From a virus, in the IMG/VR virus record IMGVR_UViG_3300046820_001584, positions 21,741 to 85,740 of that record: a stretch of 64,000 bases of DNA. One strand, 5' to 3'. The position numbers and the translations under genes were made by a program. Shown here in pieces: positions 46,387 to 55,751 of this stretch; within the stretch, counting starts at the first letter, position 1; every line of letters starts with the position of its first letter. The notes beneath the pieces are model-generated. The model had not been told where the DNA came from. It saw only the letters and a list, made by a program, of their open reading frames with translations, and searched no databases.

Positions 46387-48336
46387 TTAATACTGAATAT
46401 ATATATCTCCAGCTACATTTCCGCTGGCTGGTGGTGTTGCGCTGGCTCCATAAGTAATCTTATTAACATTTGATCCGTTTATACCATTAGTGTATCCAGT
46501 GTTTACTGAACCGCCTAAAGATATTGATGATCCATTTATAGTAATTGCATTATTTTGTAGCATTGAATTTGATATTACTGGCAACGCAGATGTTAAAATT
46601 TTACCAGAAATGTCAAGCCCAGCGTATCCTCCAGCAATATTTCTGTCAGAAACAAGTGCGTAAACTCCTAATGAGTTATTAATTCCATTTCTGGCTGTAT
46701 CTGTATATGCTTTTGCTTCATTCAGAGCAGCAGTTAAATTAACTGATGTAGCGTATCCAGATATTAAAGCTCCTGTTGGAATTGTTACTGTTCCAGTAAA
46801 TGTTGGTGAAGCAATTGGTGCGTAGGTTGTTTGTGCTGTAGCAGAAGATAGCTTTGTATCAACTAATGTTGCTAAAGCTGTTGCTGCGGCTCCATCTGTG
46901 CTTATATATGTTGCAATTTCTTTAAGAGTATCAAAAGCTGCTGGTGCAGAATCAACAACACTTGCTATCGCAGATGTTACAGTAGATGCGACGTCAGCTG
47001 TTCTTGCAATTGCTGATGGTATTGCTGTTTCTGATATTTTGCTACCAGAATCAAGTCCAGCAACTCCTCCTGGTGCATTTCTATCTGAAGCAGGAAGATA
47101 ATTTAATATGTCTGCTTGCAACTCTGTTCTTAAATCATCTACAGCAGATAATGCTGACAATAAAATGTTTGTTCTTGCTGCATTTGTAGCAGTTACTGCT
47201 CTAGCGTTTGTAAAATATAGATTGTTTCCTTCTGGAAGATCTGTAGTTGATGTTAATGAAGATCCTCCTCCAGGAACTGATGCTATTGCATCTGCAATAT
47301 CTGATGCAACTGCCGCTTTGGCTCTTTGATCAGTAAAATATTTGTTTGTTCCTTCTTCTATGTCTGAAGTAGTTAAAGCATTAATAGAAGATGCTAAAGT
47401 ATTGGTAATATGTGTACGTAAAATTGCATCTGTAGCAATGTCTCCGTTATCTGCATAATTTTGAGCCAAAGTTTGTGCAGATGTAGCTTTTGTAGTAGCA
47501 TCTGTTGCTGCTGCAGAGATTGCTGCAGACTGTGCGGCGTTGGCCTTTGAAGTTGCATCTGTTGCTGCTGCAGAGATTGCTGCAGACTGTGCGGCGTTGG
47601 CCTTTGAAGTTGCATCTGTTGCTGCTGCAGAGATTGCTGAATTAGCTTTAGTTGTGGCATCTGTTGCTGCTGCAGTTTGTGCAGCATCTGCTGCCGCTTT
47701 TGCATAAGCGGTTGTAGCAATTTGCGTTGTATTTGTGTTAATAGCTGCGGTTGGTGCTGTAGGTACTCCAGTTAATGCTGGAGAAGCAATTGGTGCTTTT
47801 AAACCAACTGAGGCTGTAAGGTTTGAAATTGTGTCTGGTGAGTTACCAAGGGCTGCCGCAAGTTCGCTTAAAGTGTTAAGGGTTCCTGGCGCAGAATTAA
47901 TAAGATCGCTTATTTTAGTAGCAGTATTAGTTGCTGCAGTTACTACAGCCTGATTGGCAGAACCAATTGGATCAAATGCTGTCTGTCCTGCTGCAATTGC
48001 TCTAGCTGGTGTAAAATATAAGTTTGTTCCTTCTGCTATATTTGATGTTGTTCTTGAGCTAAATGCGGTTGTAATAGCTGCTTCTAAATCTTGGATTGAA
48101 TTAAAATTTGGAATCTGAGAAAGCGGAATTTTCCCAGAAGAGTCTAGTGTAGCTACACCATTTGGGCTACCTGGCTTTAATGCATAAAATTCAATGGCGT
48201 TCCATCTTTGTGTTCCATTGCCTACTTTAAATTTTAAAGTATCTGTTTCAATGCCAACTTCACCATTTAAAAGTAGTGGATTGTTTGCTGTCCAGTTTGC
48301 TGCTATGTCTCTTCTTAATTGAATTTTTAGTGCCAT
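46387..48336 (-). CDS. fiber protein with Mtd-N-like N-terminus
   Basis: KIQLRRDIAANWTANNPLLLNGEVGIETDT; EGTNLYFT repeats; 19-aa Ala-rich repeats. Confidence 0.75.
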   Translation of the reverse strand: MALKIQLRRDIAANWTANNPLLLNGEVGIETDTLKFKVGNGTQRWNAIEFYALKPGSPNGVATLDSSGKIPLSQIPNFNSIQDLEAAITTAFSSRTTSNIAEGTNLYFTPARAIAAGQTAFDPIGSANQAVVTAATNTATKISDLINSAPGTLNTLSELAAALGNSPDTISNLTASVGLKAPIASPALTGVPTAPTAAINTNTTQIATTAYAKAAADAAQTAAATDATTKANSAISAAATDATSKANAAQSAAISAAATDATSKANAAQSAAISAAATDATTKATSAQTLAQNYADNGDIATDAILRTHITNTLASSINALTTSDIEEGTNKYFTDQRAKAAVASDIADAIASVPGGGSSLTSTTDLPEGNNLYFTNARAVTATNAARTNILLSALSAVDDLRTELQADILNYLPASDRNAPGGVAGLDSGSKISETAIPSAIARTADVASTVTSAIASVVDSAPAAFDTLKEIATYISTDGAAATALATLVDTKLSSATAQTTYAPIASPTFTGTVTIPTGALISGYATSVNLTAALNEAKAYTDTARNGINNSLGVYALVSDRNIAGGYAGLDISGKILTSALPVISNSMLQNNAITINGSSISLGGSVNTGYTNGINGSNVNKITYGASATPPASGNVAGDIYIQY

Positions 48337-48791
48337 TATGAGCCTCCTCCGTCAAGTGATGGTGCATCAAAGTCTTCCGACCCTCCGCCACCTGTTCCTA
48401 TTTCTTCTAATTCTTGTGTTCCGTCAAATAGTCCTCCATCAAACAAAGTTTCTTCTACAAAAGATGGACTATTTAATACATTGCCTGGGTTTCCGCCATC
48501 GTAACCAATAATTTGTGGTAATGAAATGGCTGGTGTATTTGGTGTGGAAAGCGACTTAAAGTCAATTTGATTTTGAATATCAATTGTATGAACATCTCCA
48601 TCAAACGTATGTGTATGCATGTAAAATGGTGTTGGATCTGTGCTTGGTGGAGTTAATTCTATCCAAGTTGTGCCGTTATGAACACGTAAATTTTTAGTTA
48701 TTGTGTTTATATAAATTTCGCCAACTTGTCCAAAAACTGGGTCTGTTGACAAAGCTAGAAGTCTTAAAGGGACTAGCATTTGTCTAGACAT
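48336..48791 (-). CDS. virion accessory protein
   Basis: GEIYINT...LRVHNGTTW; HTHTFDGDVH; DGG repeats. Confidence 0.55.
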   Translation of the reverse strand: MSRQMLVPLRLLALSTDPVFGQVGEIYINTITKNLRVHNGTTWIELTPPSTDPTPFYMHTHTFDGDVHTIDIQNQIDFKSLSTPNTPAISLPQIIGYDGGNPGNVLNSPSFVEETLFDGGLFDGTQELEEIGTGGGGSEDFDAPSLDGGGS

Positions 48792-48793
48792 GA

Positions 48794-49993
48794 TTAACCT
48801 ACTACAACTACTCTGTATTCTCCAGCAGCTGGTGCAGAGGCAAAGTTAATAACTACGGCATTAGCATTTGATCTTTGAACATCTGCTTCTACCTGTGCAA
48901 ATGGTGTGGCTGATTCAAATATTTGAACAGTCACATCTGTTGTTCCAAGGTTGTGGGTTACTGTGTAAGAAGTTGCTGATGCACCTAGTGTTTCTGCATA
49001 CTTTCTAGCAATTGCATGGTAGTTTGTACCATTGTTTGTTAATGTCCATTTATCAGATGTTTCATTCCATAGAATTTCTACATCTGTTTCTGTTCCACGC
49101 TCAACAACAATTCCTGCATCTGTTGTAGGCGCACCTGTAAATGTGCTATTAAGCTTTACTTTATTGTCTTCAATGTTAATCTGTGTTGTATTTACAGAGT
49201 TAACAGTTCCAAGTACATTTAGGTTTCCACCAACTTGTAAATTACCAGAAATTTCAACGTTGTCTGGCAAGCCAATTGTAACGGCTGCATTATGACCACT
49301 ATTTGGAGAAACGGTAACTTTGTTTGCTGTTCCAATAATAGTTGCTACATAATCGCCTGTTGTTTGTGAATCTAAATCAATATCTTTTACAGTTACTACG
49401 CCTGCGTTTACATTAAAATCTGCTGCATCAAATGAGGCAACACCTTTGTTTGTAGTAGAGGCATCTTCTGCTGAAATTGTTATTGCATTATTTGTTACAG
49501 CAACATCAATTCCTTCTCCGCCATTTACAGTCAGTCCTTCTGTAAGAAGTGATATTGCAGTTGTACCAGTATCTCCAGTTATTGAAAGTTCTGTTGCTAC
49601 ATCTACTTCACCAGCTGAAGTTAATCTACCTTGCTGATCTACTGTAAATGTAGGTATTTTTGTTTGAGATCCGTATGAACCAGTTGTTACTGCTGTATTA
49701 TCTAAATCTAATGTTAAGGTTCCTGCTACATCTGAATAAGTAGCTGTTAATGCTGTGCCACCAAGTACTGCTGTACTAATAACGTCTTGTATAACCTCTG
49801 GTGAGGCAGACATTGGCATCCATGGACCATTAGGAGATGAAAGTCCATTGTAGTAGTACATGACATTGTTTGATGTGTCATAATAAACCTGACCAGATAC
49901 TGGACTTGATGGTGCAGTTCCTAAGTTTTGAATTCTAGCATTGAGTAACTCATTTTTGTTTAAATCAATGCTAACTAAAAATTTTCTTGCCAT
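48794..49993 (-). CDS. virion structural/fiber protein
   Basis: IDLNKNELLNARIQNL, GQVYYDT, YTVTHNLGT. Confidence 0.65.
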   Translation of the reverse strand: MARKFLVSIDLNKNELLNARIQNLGTAPSSPVSGQVYYDTSNNVMYYYNGLSSPNGPWMPMSASPEVIQDVISTAVLGGTALTATYSDVAGTLTLDLDNTAVTTGSYGSQTKIPTFTVDQQGRLTSAGEVDVATELSITGDTGTTAISLLTEGLTVNGGEGIDVAVTNNAITISAEDASTTNKGVASFDAADFNVNAGVVTVKDIDLDSQTTGDYVATIIGTANKVTVSPNSGHNAAVTIGLPDNVEISGNLQVGGNLNVLGTVNSVNTTQINIEDNKVKLNSTFTGAPTTDAGIVVERGTETDVEILWNETSDKWTLTNNGTNYHAIARKYAETLGASATSYTVTHNLGTTDVTVQIFESATPFAQVEADVQRSNANAVVINFASAPAAGEYRVVVVG

Positions 49994-50008
49994 CTTTTTA
50001 TCTCCTTT

Positions 50009-50446
50009 TTAGGACAGGTATGCTGTCCCCGAAAATGGCTGGGCCATTGTCAATGTTATTTGGTTAATACTATTATAGTCTATTCCAGTTTCTAACAAGT
50101 CTCCAGAACTTGACTTAACTGCTACGTTGGGGTGAAATTGCAAATTATGGTTAATAACTACAGAATATATGCCATTTACTGGTCCAGTAATCTGGCTCAT
50201 TTCCCAAGAATACATATAAGATATTTGCTTGTCTAGTACAAAGCTGTTTTGTATATTCCAGGTATCTGTTGTTGCAGATTTAGGGCCCCAAAATCTTGTT
50301 GTCAGCAAATCAAAATAAAAGTCTCCTGGGACTCCAAGTGAATTTGCTGGATTTCCTTCTCCGCTTATTATTGTTCTTCCAGGGGAACCAGAAGCTCTTA
50401 CTACTACTAGTGGATTATTTTCAGTTACAATTAGGCGGGTTGCCAT
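50009..50446 (-). CDS. virion accessory protein
   Basis: G..GDFYFD...WGPK; INHNLQFHP...FSGTAYLS. Confidence 0.6.
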   Translation of the reverse strand: MATRLIVTENNPLVVVRASGSPGRTIISGEGNPANSLGVPGDFYFDLLTTRFWGPKSATTDTWNIQNSFVLDKQISYMYSWEMSQITGPVNGIYSVVINHNLQFHPNVAVKSSSGDLLETGIDYNSINQITLTMAQPFSGTAYLS

Positions 50447-50790
50447 TATAGTGTTACCGCCCTATTTAATGTTAAGTATCCTTCTAGAAGTCTAGTTACG
50501 TTAACACTTGGATCTATCAAAACCAAATCGTAAGCGGATTTTGGGTAAAAAAGCTTTTTAGTTCTTTCTGCTGAAATAGAAATTGAAAGTTTGCCAAGTG
50601 ATGGGGTTATTGTAATTCCATCTTGCTCTGTTAAAGTAAATGCTAATTTTTTGCCACCTTGTGTATCTCTAACCTGCATTTTTGCTGTGTGGTGGTTTAA
50701 TTGTATTGGATCATTGTCTTCATCAAGGTATTGTATTTCAAAAGTAAACGTTGCATTCTCGTCTACCTGAAAATTTTTTTGAGCTGCCAT
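50446..50790 (-). CDS. beta-sandwich fiber-adaptor-like protein
   Basis: TFTF...AKMQVR...AYDL...TRLLEG pattern. Confidence 0.6.
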   Translation of the reverse strand: MAAQKNFQVDENATFTFEIQYLDEDNDPIQLNHHTAKMQVRDTQGGKKLAFTLTEQDGITITPSLGKLSISISAERTKKLFYPKSAYDLVLIDPSVNVTRLLEGYLTLNRAVTL

Positions 50791-50860
50791 TTTTTTTACC
50801 CCTAAAAAGAAAATACCCTTACACTATTTTAGCATAAGGGCATTCCCAATTGACTAATAA

Positions 50861-51103
50861 TTACTTGCTTGTAAATCCGAATTCTTTGTTGCTTGGACTT
50901 AAAGCCTTTAGGATTACTGGGGCAATTGCTGCCACTCCAGCTGCAATAAGATCCTTTGGATTTGTATTGCCAGTCATATATAGAGCTGTGGCTGCTGCCA
51001 AGAATGCTCTACCGTATGTTCCAATTGCTGCTAAAATTTGCTCTTGCATTGTTACTTTCCCATCTTTATTTAAATCAGCTTTATCAAATTTTTTGATAGC
51101 CAT
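50861..51103 (-). CDS. putative holin with N-terminal EF-hand motif
   Basis: Two hydrophobic segments, YGRAFLAAA...LKALSP..KEFG; GAGGAG RBS; DLNKDGKVTMQE. Confidence 0.6.
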   Translation of the reverse strand: MAIKKFDKADLNKDGKVTMQEQILAAIGTYGRAFLAAATALYMTGNTNPKDLIAAGVAAIAPVILKALSPSNKEFGFTSK

Positions 51104-51169
51104 TTTATCATCTCCTCATGGGCGGGTTGCCCAAGAATTTTGGTTTTACCCAATACTATAATTCTACCA

Positions 51170-53104
51170 TTAGGCAGATATATCTACAAGCTCGCAATTA
51201 CCGTCTGAACTGCATGCAAGCGTTGCATTTGTAGAAGTTCCGTCCTCAGTCTCATAAAAAGAGAGGTCTTCCCATCTAATATTTTTAGGCATTTTTGATA
51301 AAAGAGCCTCATATTCATCCTTTGAAATTTCTTGGTATGGAGCTTGCTTATATGTATGCTCTGAGTGAGGCAAGAATGATATACCAGAAACTTCATCAAA
51401 GTTTTTATAAACCCAAGCTCCCACTTCCATCCATTCATCTTCTTTTACAGAAACTGTAATTGAAGGCTTATGCTCACACCAAGCACGTTGATATACAAGC
51501 CATATATTTAAATGATCAATTGCTGTTAAATCGTTTCTTACAATTGCACCTCCTGGTGCCTTTACTGGAAACGAAAATACATAAGTTTCGTTTGGCTTCA
51601 TCACATCATCTTCAACTGGAATTCCAACTTCCTTTAAAAATGTTGAAATTGGATCTCCCTTTGAACCACGAACTGTACGAACGTAATATGGTGAATGCCA
51701 AGGGTGCATTCCTGAAGATACACCGACCAATTGAGATACTGTTCCAGAAGGCTTTACGCATGTAATTGCAGCAGACTCAGGAATTCCAATTTTACTAGAC
51801 TCTTCTTGATTTGCTTCTCTTGCTTTTTCACGTAGTGTCATTAAAAATGCCTCTAGTGAAACTAAATCTTCTTTACCAGACATAAACTTATGTCCAAATT
51901 GTCCAGTCAAAGAAACTCCTAGAAGTCTTTCTTCTTCAGTGTTATCTTTCCAAATTTTACGAATATACTTAAAGTCTGTCAAAGTTGATTGCCAAGTTCC
52001 AAGAATAGTTGCTAGCTGTACTTTTCTTTCAATTTCTTTTTTGGTGTCATTTTCACGCAAAACAACTTCTGAAAGATTACAAAACTGATATGGGCGCAAA
52101 ATAATTTCTGAACATGGATTTGTTCCATAATGAATATCTGGATCTCTACGACCATACTTAGCTGCTTGTGCTTGCGCTGCAGCAACATTGTAAATTCCAC
52201 GCTCTCCAGACTTAGAGTCATACAAAGACTTCCATTCCGCAATAAACTGTTCCATTTCTGGTTTGCGAGAGTATGCAACAGAATTATTTGATAAAGCTCT
52301 TTGAGGGCTTGCCTCCCACCAATTACCTGATTTAGCTTGAGCCATCTCAATGTCATTAATGTTTGATAGTGAAATCATTGCAGAGCGTCTAACTCCACCG
52401 ACTACTACTACTTCACCAATTTTGCACATTATGTCATGGCATTCAATTGGCTTAAGGTTTCTGCCAGCAGCAGATTTAAATTTTGCAATAGTAAAATCAA
52501 AAAGGTTTACAAGTGGTTGTGGTCCAGAAGAACGTCCACCCATTGTCTTTAGTCTTGCTCCTGCAGGGCGAACCTTTGAAACATCTATTGCTGGAATATG
52601 TCCTGTCCATAATAGTGCAAGTAACTCACGATATGCTTTTGCCCAACCTTGCTTTGAATCTTCTACAACAATGACTGTATCTGATTTTTCAAGTTTTTCT
52701 GGTACGGCAGGAAGCTTATTAATATACTTGTATTCAACTGAGAATCCAACACCAGTTCCACACATCAAAATATACATAGTTTCGTCAAATGTGCGTGGTG
52801 AATCAACTGGAACAAATGCACAGTTGTATCCTGCTACATTATCTCTTTCAAGCGCTGCACCTGAAGTCATTACGGATCGCATAGATGGCATAACGTTTCG
52901 TTCAAATACAAACTCTTTTAATTCCGCAACAAGCTTTTCATTTGGAATGTAATTGTGATTTTCTTTTAAATGGTTTGTCATGAAAGAAAAATATCTATCT
53001 ACTGTTTCTCCCCAAGTTTCTCTACGTCCTTCTGCTTCTACCCATTTTGCATATCTAGATAGTGCAATAAAATTTTCATAAGGGTTTTCGATAGTATTTT
53101 TCAT
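51170..53104 (-). CDS. nrdJ: class II (adenosylcobalamin-dependent) ribonucleotide reductase
   Basis: RRETWGETVDR, YNCAF, GTGVGFSV, GGVRRSA, TNPCSEI, QFCNL, TCVKPSGT, C-terminal Cys pair; likely start MKNTIEN at 53104. Confidence 0.93.
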   Translation of the reverse strand: MKNTIENPYENFIALSRYAKWVEAEGRRETWGETVDRYFSFMTNHLKENHNYIPNEKLVAELKEFVFERNVMPSMRSVMTSGAALERDNVAGYNCAFVPVDSPRTFDETMYILMCGTGVGFSVEYKYINKLPAVPEKLEKSDTVIVVEDSKQGWAKAYRELLALLWTGHIPAIDVSKVRPAGARLKTMGGRSSGPQPLVNLFDFTIAKFKSAAGRNLKPIECHDIMCKIGEVVVVGGVRRSAMISLSNINDIEMAQAKSGNWWEASPQRALSNNSVAYSRKPEMEQFIAEWKSLYDSKSGERGIYNVAAAQAQAAKYGRRDPDIHYGTNPCSEIILRPYQFCNLSEVVLRENDTKKEIERKVQLATILGTWQSTLTDFKYIRKIWKDNTEEERLLGVSLTGQFGHKFMSGKEDLVSLEAFLMTLREKAREANQEESSKIGIPESAAITCVKPSGTVSQLVGVSSGMHPWHSPYYVRTVRGSKGDPISTFLKEVGIPVEDDVMKPNETYVFSFPVKAPGGAIVRNDLTAIDHLNIWLVYQRAWCEHKPSITVSVKEDEWMEVGAWVYKNFDEVSGISFLPHSEHTYKQAPYQEISKDEYEALLSKMPKNIRWEDLSFYETEDGTSTNATLACSSDGNCELVDISA

Positions 53105-53347
53105 TTGTCGCCTTTTCTTCCGCCTAACGGATTGATTGTATTTTTGGTTGAAGTCTAAGTGTATCAAACTTTTTTATAAAAGAAAAGAAAAATAAGTTTT
53201 AGTATTGTTTCTTAGTTAACTATAATATATAATACTTTATATATACATATATATAATATATGTTGAATTTTGTTGATTTGCTGACCCCCCGACCCCCCTA
53301 TTGGAAGTATACTAAATAGATATTCTTTGTCAAGCAAAAAAAATCAT

Positions 53348-53377
53348 TTGACATGGTCTTTATTCAAATGGTATGAT
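53348..53377 (+). promoter_or_regulatory. sigma70-type promoter
   Basis: TTGACA-N18-TATGAT with extended TG, then AAGGAGG before ATG at 53405. Confidence 0.6.
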
Positions 53378-53404
53378 TATAGTTCGCTATCTCTAAAGGA
53401 GGAA

Positions 53405-53959
53405 ATGCCAATGGAGAATATAAAGAAAAGTTTAAGCGATATTGTTCATCAATATGCTGCGATTGCAATTACAGTAATGTTTTTGTTTTCCAACACAGTT
53501 AATGCAACATATGCAGAAGCTTTAATAGTAAAACCAAAGACAGAAGTACAACTTAAGAAAGAAACCTTAGAGAAGTACAGCAATACTGTTTATAAGCCTT
53601 CAGAAATGCTTTCAGACATTGAATTGAAAGAACTACTGTCAGCAGTAGGTTTTGAAGGAAAGGCCCTTAAAACGGCTTGGGCCATTGCTAAGAGGGAGTC
53701 CAACGGACGACCACTAGCTTACAATGGTAACAGGAATACTGGAGACAGTTCTTACGGAATTTTTCAGATCAACATGTTGGGTGAACTCGGCGTAGATCGT
53801 AAAGAAAAATTTAGATTAAAGTCAAACGAGTCATTGTTTGACCCAACTACAAATGCAGAGATAGCGTATTACATGACTAATGGCGGAAGTGATTGGTCAG
53901 CTTGGAAGGGTTTAACCCCAAGAGCACAGGAATTTTATTTAAAGTTCCCAAATAGTTAG
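53405..53959 (+). CDS. exported lysozyme-like/SLT lytic transglycosylase
   Basis: Hydrophobic N-terminus; AIAKRESNG, SYGIFQIN, LFDP..NA..A, WSAW. Confidence 0.8.
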   Translation: MPMENIKKSLSDIVHQYAAIAITVMFLFSNTVNATYAEALIVKPKTEVQLKKETLEKYSNTVYKPSEMLSDIELKELLSAVGFEGKALKTAWAIAKRESNGRPLAYNGNRNTGDSSYGIFQINMLGELGVDRKEKFRLKSNESLFDPTTNAEIAYYMTNGGSDWSAWKGLTPRAQEFYLKFPNS

Positions 53960-53971
53960 AAAGGAAGTGTA

Positions 53972-54187
53972 ATGAGGATACAATATGTGTCTGCTTACAT
54001 TAAACTTTCGGAAGAGGGCCTTGTTCCCAAGCTTTTATGCCCACAGGATCAAGGCTCTCTTTTATGCAACGGCGATGGTGAGTCTGTAATATACCTATAT
54101 TGCCTTGAGTGCAATTATAAAAATACAATGGGTATTGCTAAGTATGAAGATATAGTAAAATTGGTAGATGAACAAAAAAGAGTTTGA
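53972..54187 (+). CDS. zinc-ribbon-like protein
   Basis: LCPQD...YCLEC. Confidence 0.6.
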   Translation: MRIQYVSAYIKLSEEGLVPKLLCPQDQGSLLCNGDGESVIYLYCLECNYKNTMGIAKYEDIVKLVDEQKRV

Positions 54188-54246
54188 ATTTGAGTCGGGA
54201 ATAGTTCCTGAAACAGATGCTATGGGTAGAGAAATATGGTGGTTAG

Positions 54247-54459
54247 ATGCAGGAAGACCAGAAGGCGGAAACGAGTAATTTAGAGGATAACCTACCAATG
54301 GTTACCTACATAATGCTACACAGAATTTATGACCTATTATCTTTAATTGCTAATAAAGTAGTAGGTTCACAAGATGTTGAAAAAATGATACAATATCATG
54401 AGGCGGGATATTTGTTGGGCCCAGTTCCGTCTTTTAAACCAGGAGAAGAAAATGAATAA
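54247..54459 (+). CDS. hypothetical protein
   Basis: NLPMVTYIMLHRIYDLL; 70 aa. Confidence 0.6.
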   Translation: MQEDQKAETSNLEDNLPMVTYIMLHRIYDLLSLIANKVVGSQDVEKMIQYHEAGYLLGPVPSFKPGEENE

Positions 54460-54646
54460 GCAAGACTTTACTGAACTTATGATTAATGAGTTTCAGTTAG
54501 CAAACAAAAATGCAATGATAAAGATTGGTATGACAGAAGAAGAAGCAGAAGAAAAAAATGCTGAGTTCTACCCCTCAATTTCATTTTTGCTCGGACAAGT
54601 AGCGGAAAAGGTTTTTGAGAAAGACATTACTTTAACAAAAGAATAA
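54452..54646 (+). CDS. hypothetical protein
   Basis: MNKQDFTELM after AGGAG. Confidence 0.55.
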   Translation: MNKQDFTELMINEFQLANKNAMIKIGMTEEEAEEKNAEFYPSISFLLGQVAEKVFEKDITLTKE

Positions 54647-54653
54647 ACAATAT

Positions 54654-54729
54654 TACGCTAGTTGAGTAAATCCTAGCGTATGCATGAAAATGCACATTAC
54701 CCCTACGGATCCGCCTCCGTAGGGGTTTT
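54654..54729 (+). ncRNA. candidate structured RNA (three hairpins, the last terminator-like)
   Basis: TACGCTAG/CTAGCGTA, TGCAT-GAAA-ATGCA, ACCCCTACGGA/TCCGTAGGGGT followed by Ts. Confidence 0.4.
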
Positions 54730-54750
54730 GCATGCTATAATATAAATACT

Positions 54751-54891
54751 ATGGTTCATCATTTTGCAAAGTGGATGGCTAGTCCACAATTTAAAAGTCC
54801 CCAGATTTGTAACGGGTCTTGCAAACACGAAGAAGCAAAAAAAGAAAACTCAATTTTTGAAAAACTATTAAAGAAGGTTGGTAAGAAATAA
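54751..54891 (+). CDS. small hypothetical protein (not in ORF track)
   Basis: MVHHFAKWMASPQFKSPQICNGSCKH..., 46 aa; TGCTATAAT upstream; TAATG coupling to the oxygenase. Confidence 0.55.
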   Translation: MVHHFAKWMASPQFKSPQICNGSCKHEEAKKENSIFEKLLKKVGKK

Positions 54892-55751
54892 TGTTTTATG
54901 ACAGAGAAGATTGTACACGACTTTCATTTTTCCCAGATGATTATGGAACACCTAGCGGAGTATTTTTATTTAAGGGATTCTATACTGATGAAGAGTGCAA
55001 AATTGTAGAAGACGCACTTAAAGAATACAAGTATGACGATGTCTACGAACAAACATTAATTAGCTGGTATGCGGATAAGCTTTCTCCACCAATTCGTGGT
55101 CTACACAAGCTTTGGGAAAAGGCTAGCGACCTATTGTATCCAGAATATGTTATCCACCCACAAAACAACGTATTAGTTATAAGTGAGCATATGAAGCAAG
55201 GTATGTTTACTCACTCAGACTCTCCAGGAAAAGGCGAATGCCACAGACTTTCACAGGTAGATGTATGGAAAACTTGCTGCGAATTAGATTACGGCCTAGT
55301 TGCTTATTTTGGAGACTTTGAAGGCGGAGAAATCTTCTATGTAAACATTAATGAAGATGGATCTAAAAAGGACCCAGATGTTAACTCAAAGATACTAGAA
55401 TTTAAGCCAGAAAGAGGAGACTTGGTCGTTCATGGCGCATTCTCCCCACATACACATGGAGTTAAAGAAGTAACAAAGGGTGTTAGATATGCTTTTTCAA
55501 ACTTTGTTTTAAAGGCAGAAGATAACCCAGGAACTTTTTACAACTACAAGACTCCAGAGTATTATGAGCAGATTAAAGATGTCGATACAGACTTTGAAAA
55601 ATTTCAACACACCTGGATGCAGCCACTCAAGCAAAATCCACAGTTTACAGATGAAAGAATCAAAATGTTACAGGCTTCTGGACTAGAGGGAGTAGAATTA
55701 GCAAATGCATTTCCTTTTGATCATGACGAAGTAAATGCCAAAACCGTTTGA
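54891..55751 (+). CDS. 2OG-Fe(II) oxygenase
   Basis: HSD, FEGGEIFY, HGVKEVTKGVRY. Confidence 0.85.
   Translation: MFYDREDCTRLSFFPDDYGTPSGVFLFKGFYTDEECKIVEDALKEYKYDDVYEQTLISWYADKLSPPIRGLHKLWEKASDLLYPEYVIHPQNNVLVISEHMKQGMFTHSDSPGKGECHRLSQVDVWKTCCELDYGLVAYFGDFEGGEIFYVNINEDGSKKDPDVNSKILEFKPERGDLVVHGAFSPHTHGVKEVTKGVRYAFSNFVLKAEDNPGTFYNYKTPEYYEQIKDVDTDFEKFQHTWMQPLKQNPQFTDERIKMLQASGLEGVELANAFPFDHDEVNAKTV

Noticed and set aside
42295-47720. Gln/Leu-rich and Cys-rich short ORFs overlapping fiber genes
   Set aside because: Alternate-frame readings of the Ala-rich GCA/GCT repeats
38997-48336. Diversity-generating retroelement suggested by Mtd-N-like domains
   Set aside because: No reverse transcriptase and no TR/VR pair differing at adenines seen in the window
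52350-52952. 200-aa plus-strand ORF, and similar ones at 32502-33140 and 16805-17278
   Set aside because: Antisense to well-supported genes, with no RBS or motifs
51170-53104. Intein or intron in nrdJ; NrdR box or cobalamin riboswitch upstream
   Set aside because: The ORF is continuous and of normal length; no convincing NrdR palindrome or riboswitch core seen
54654-54729. Hammerhead ribozyme
   Set aside because: The CUGANGA core is absent and GAAA is a hairpin loop rather than a junction strand
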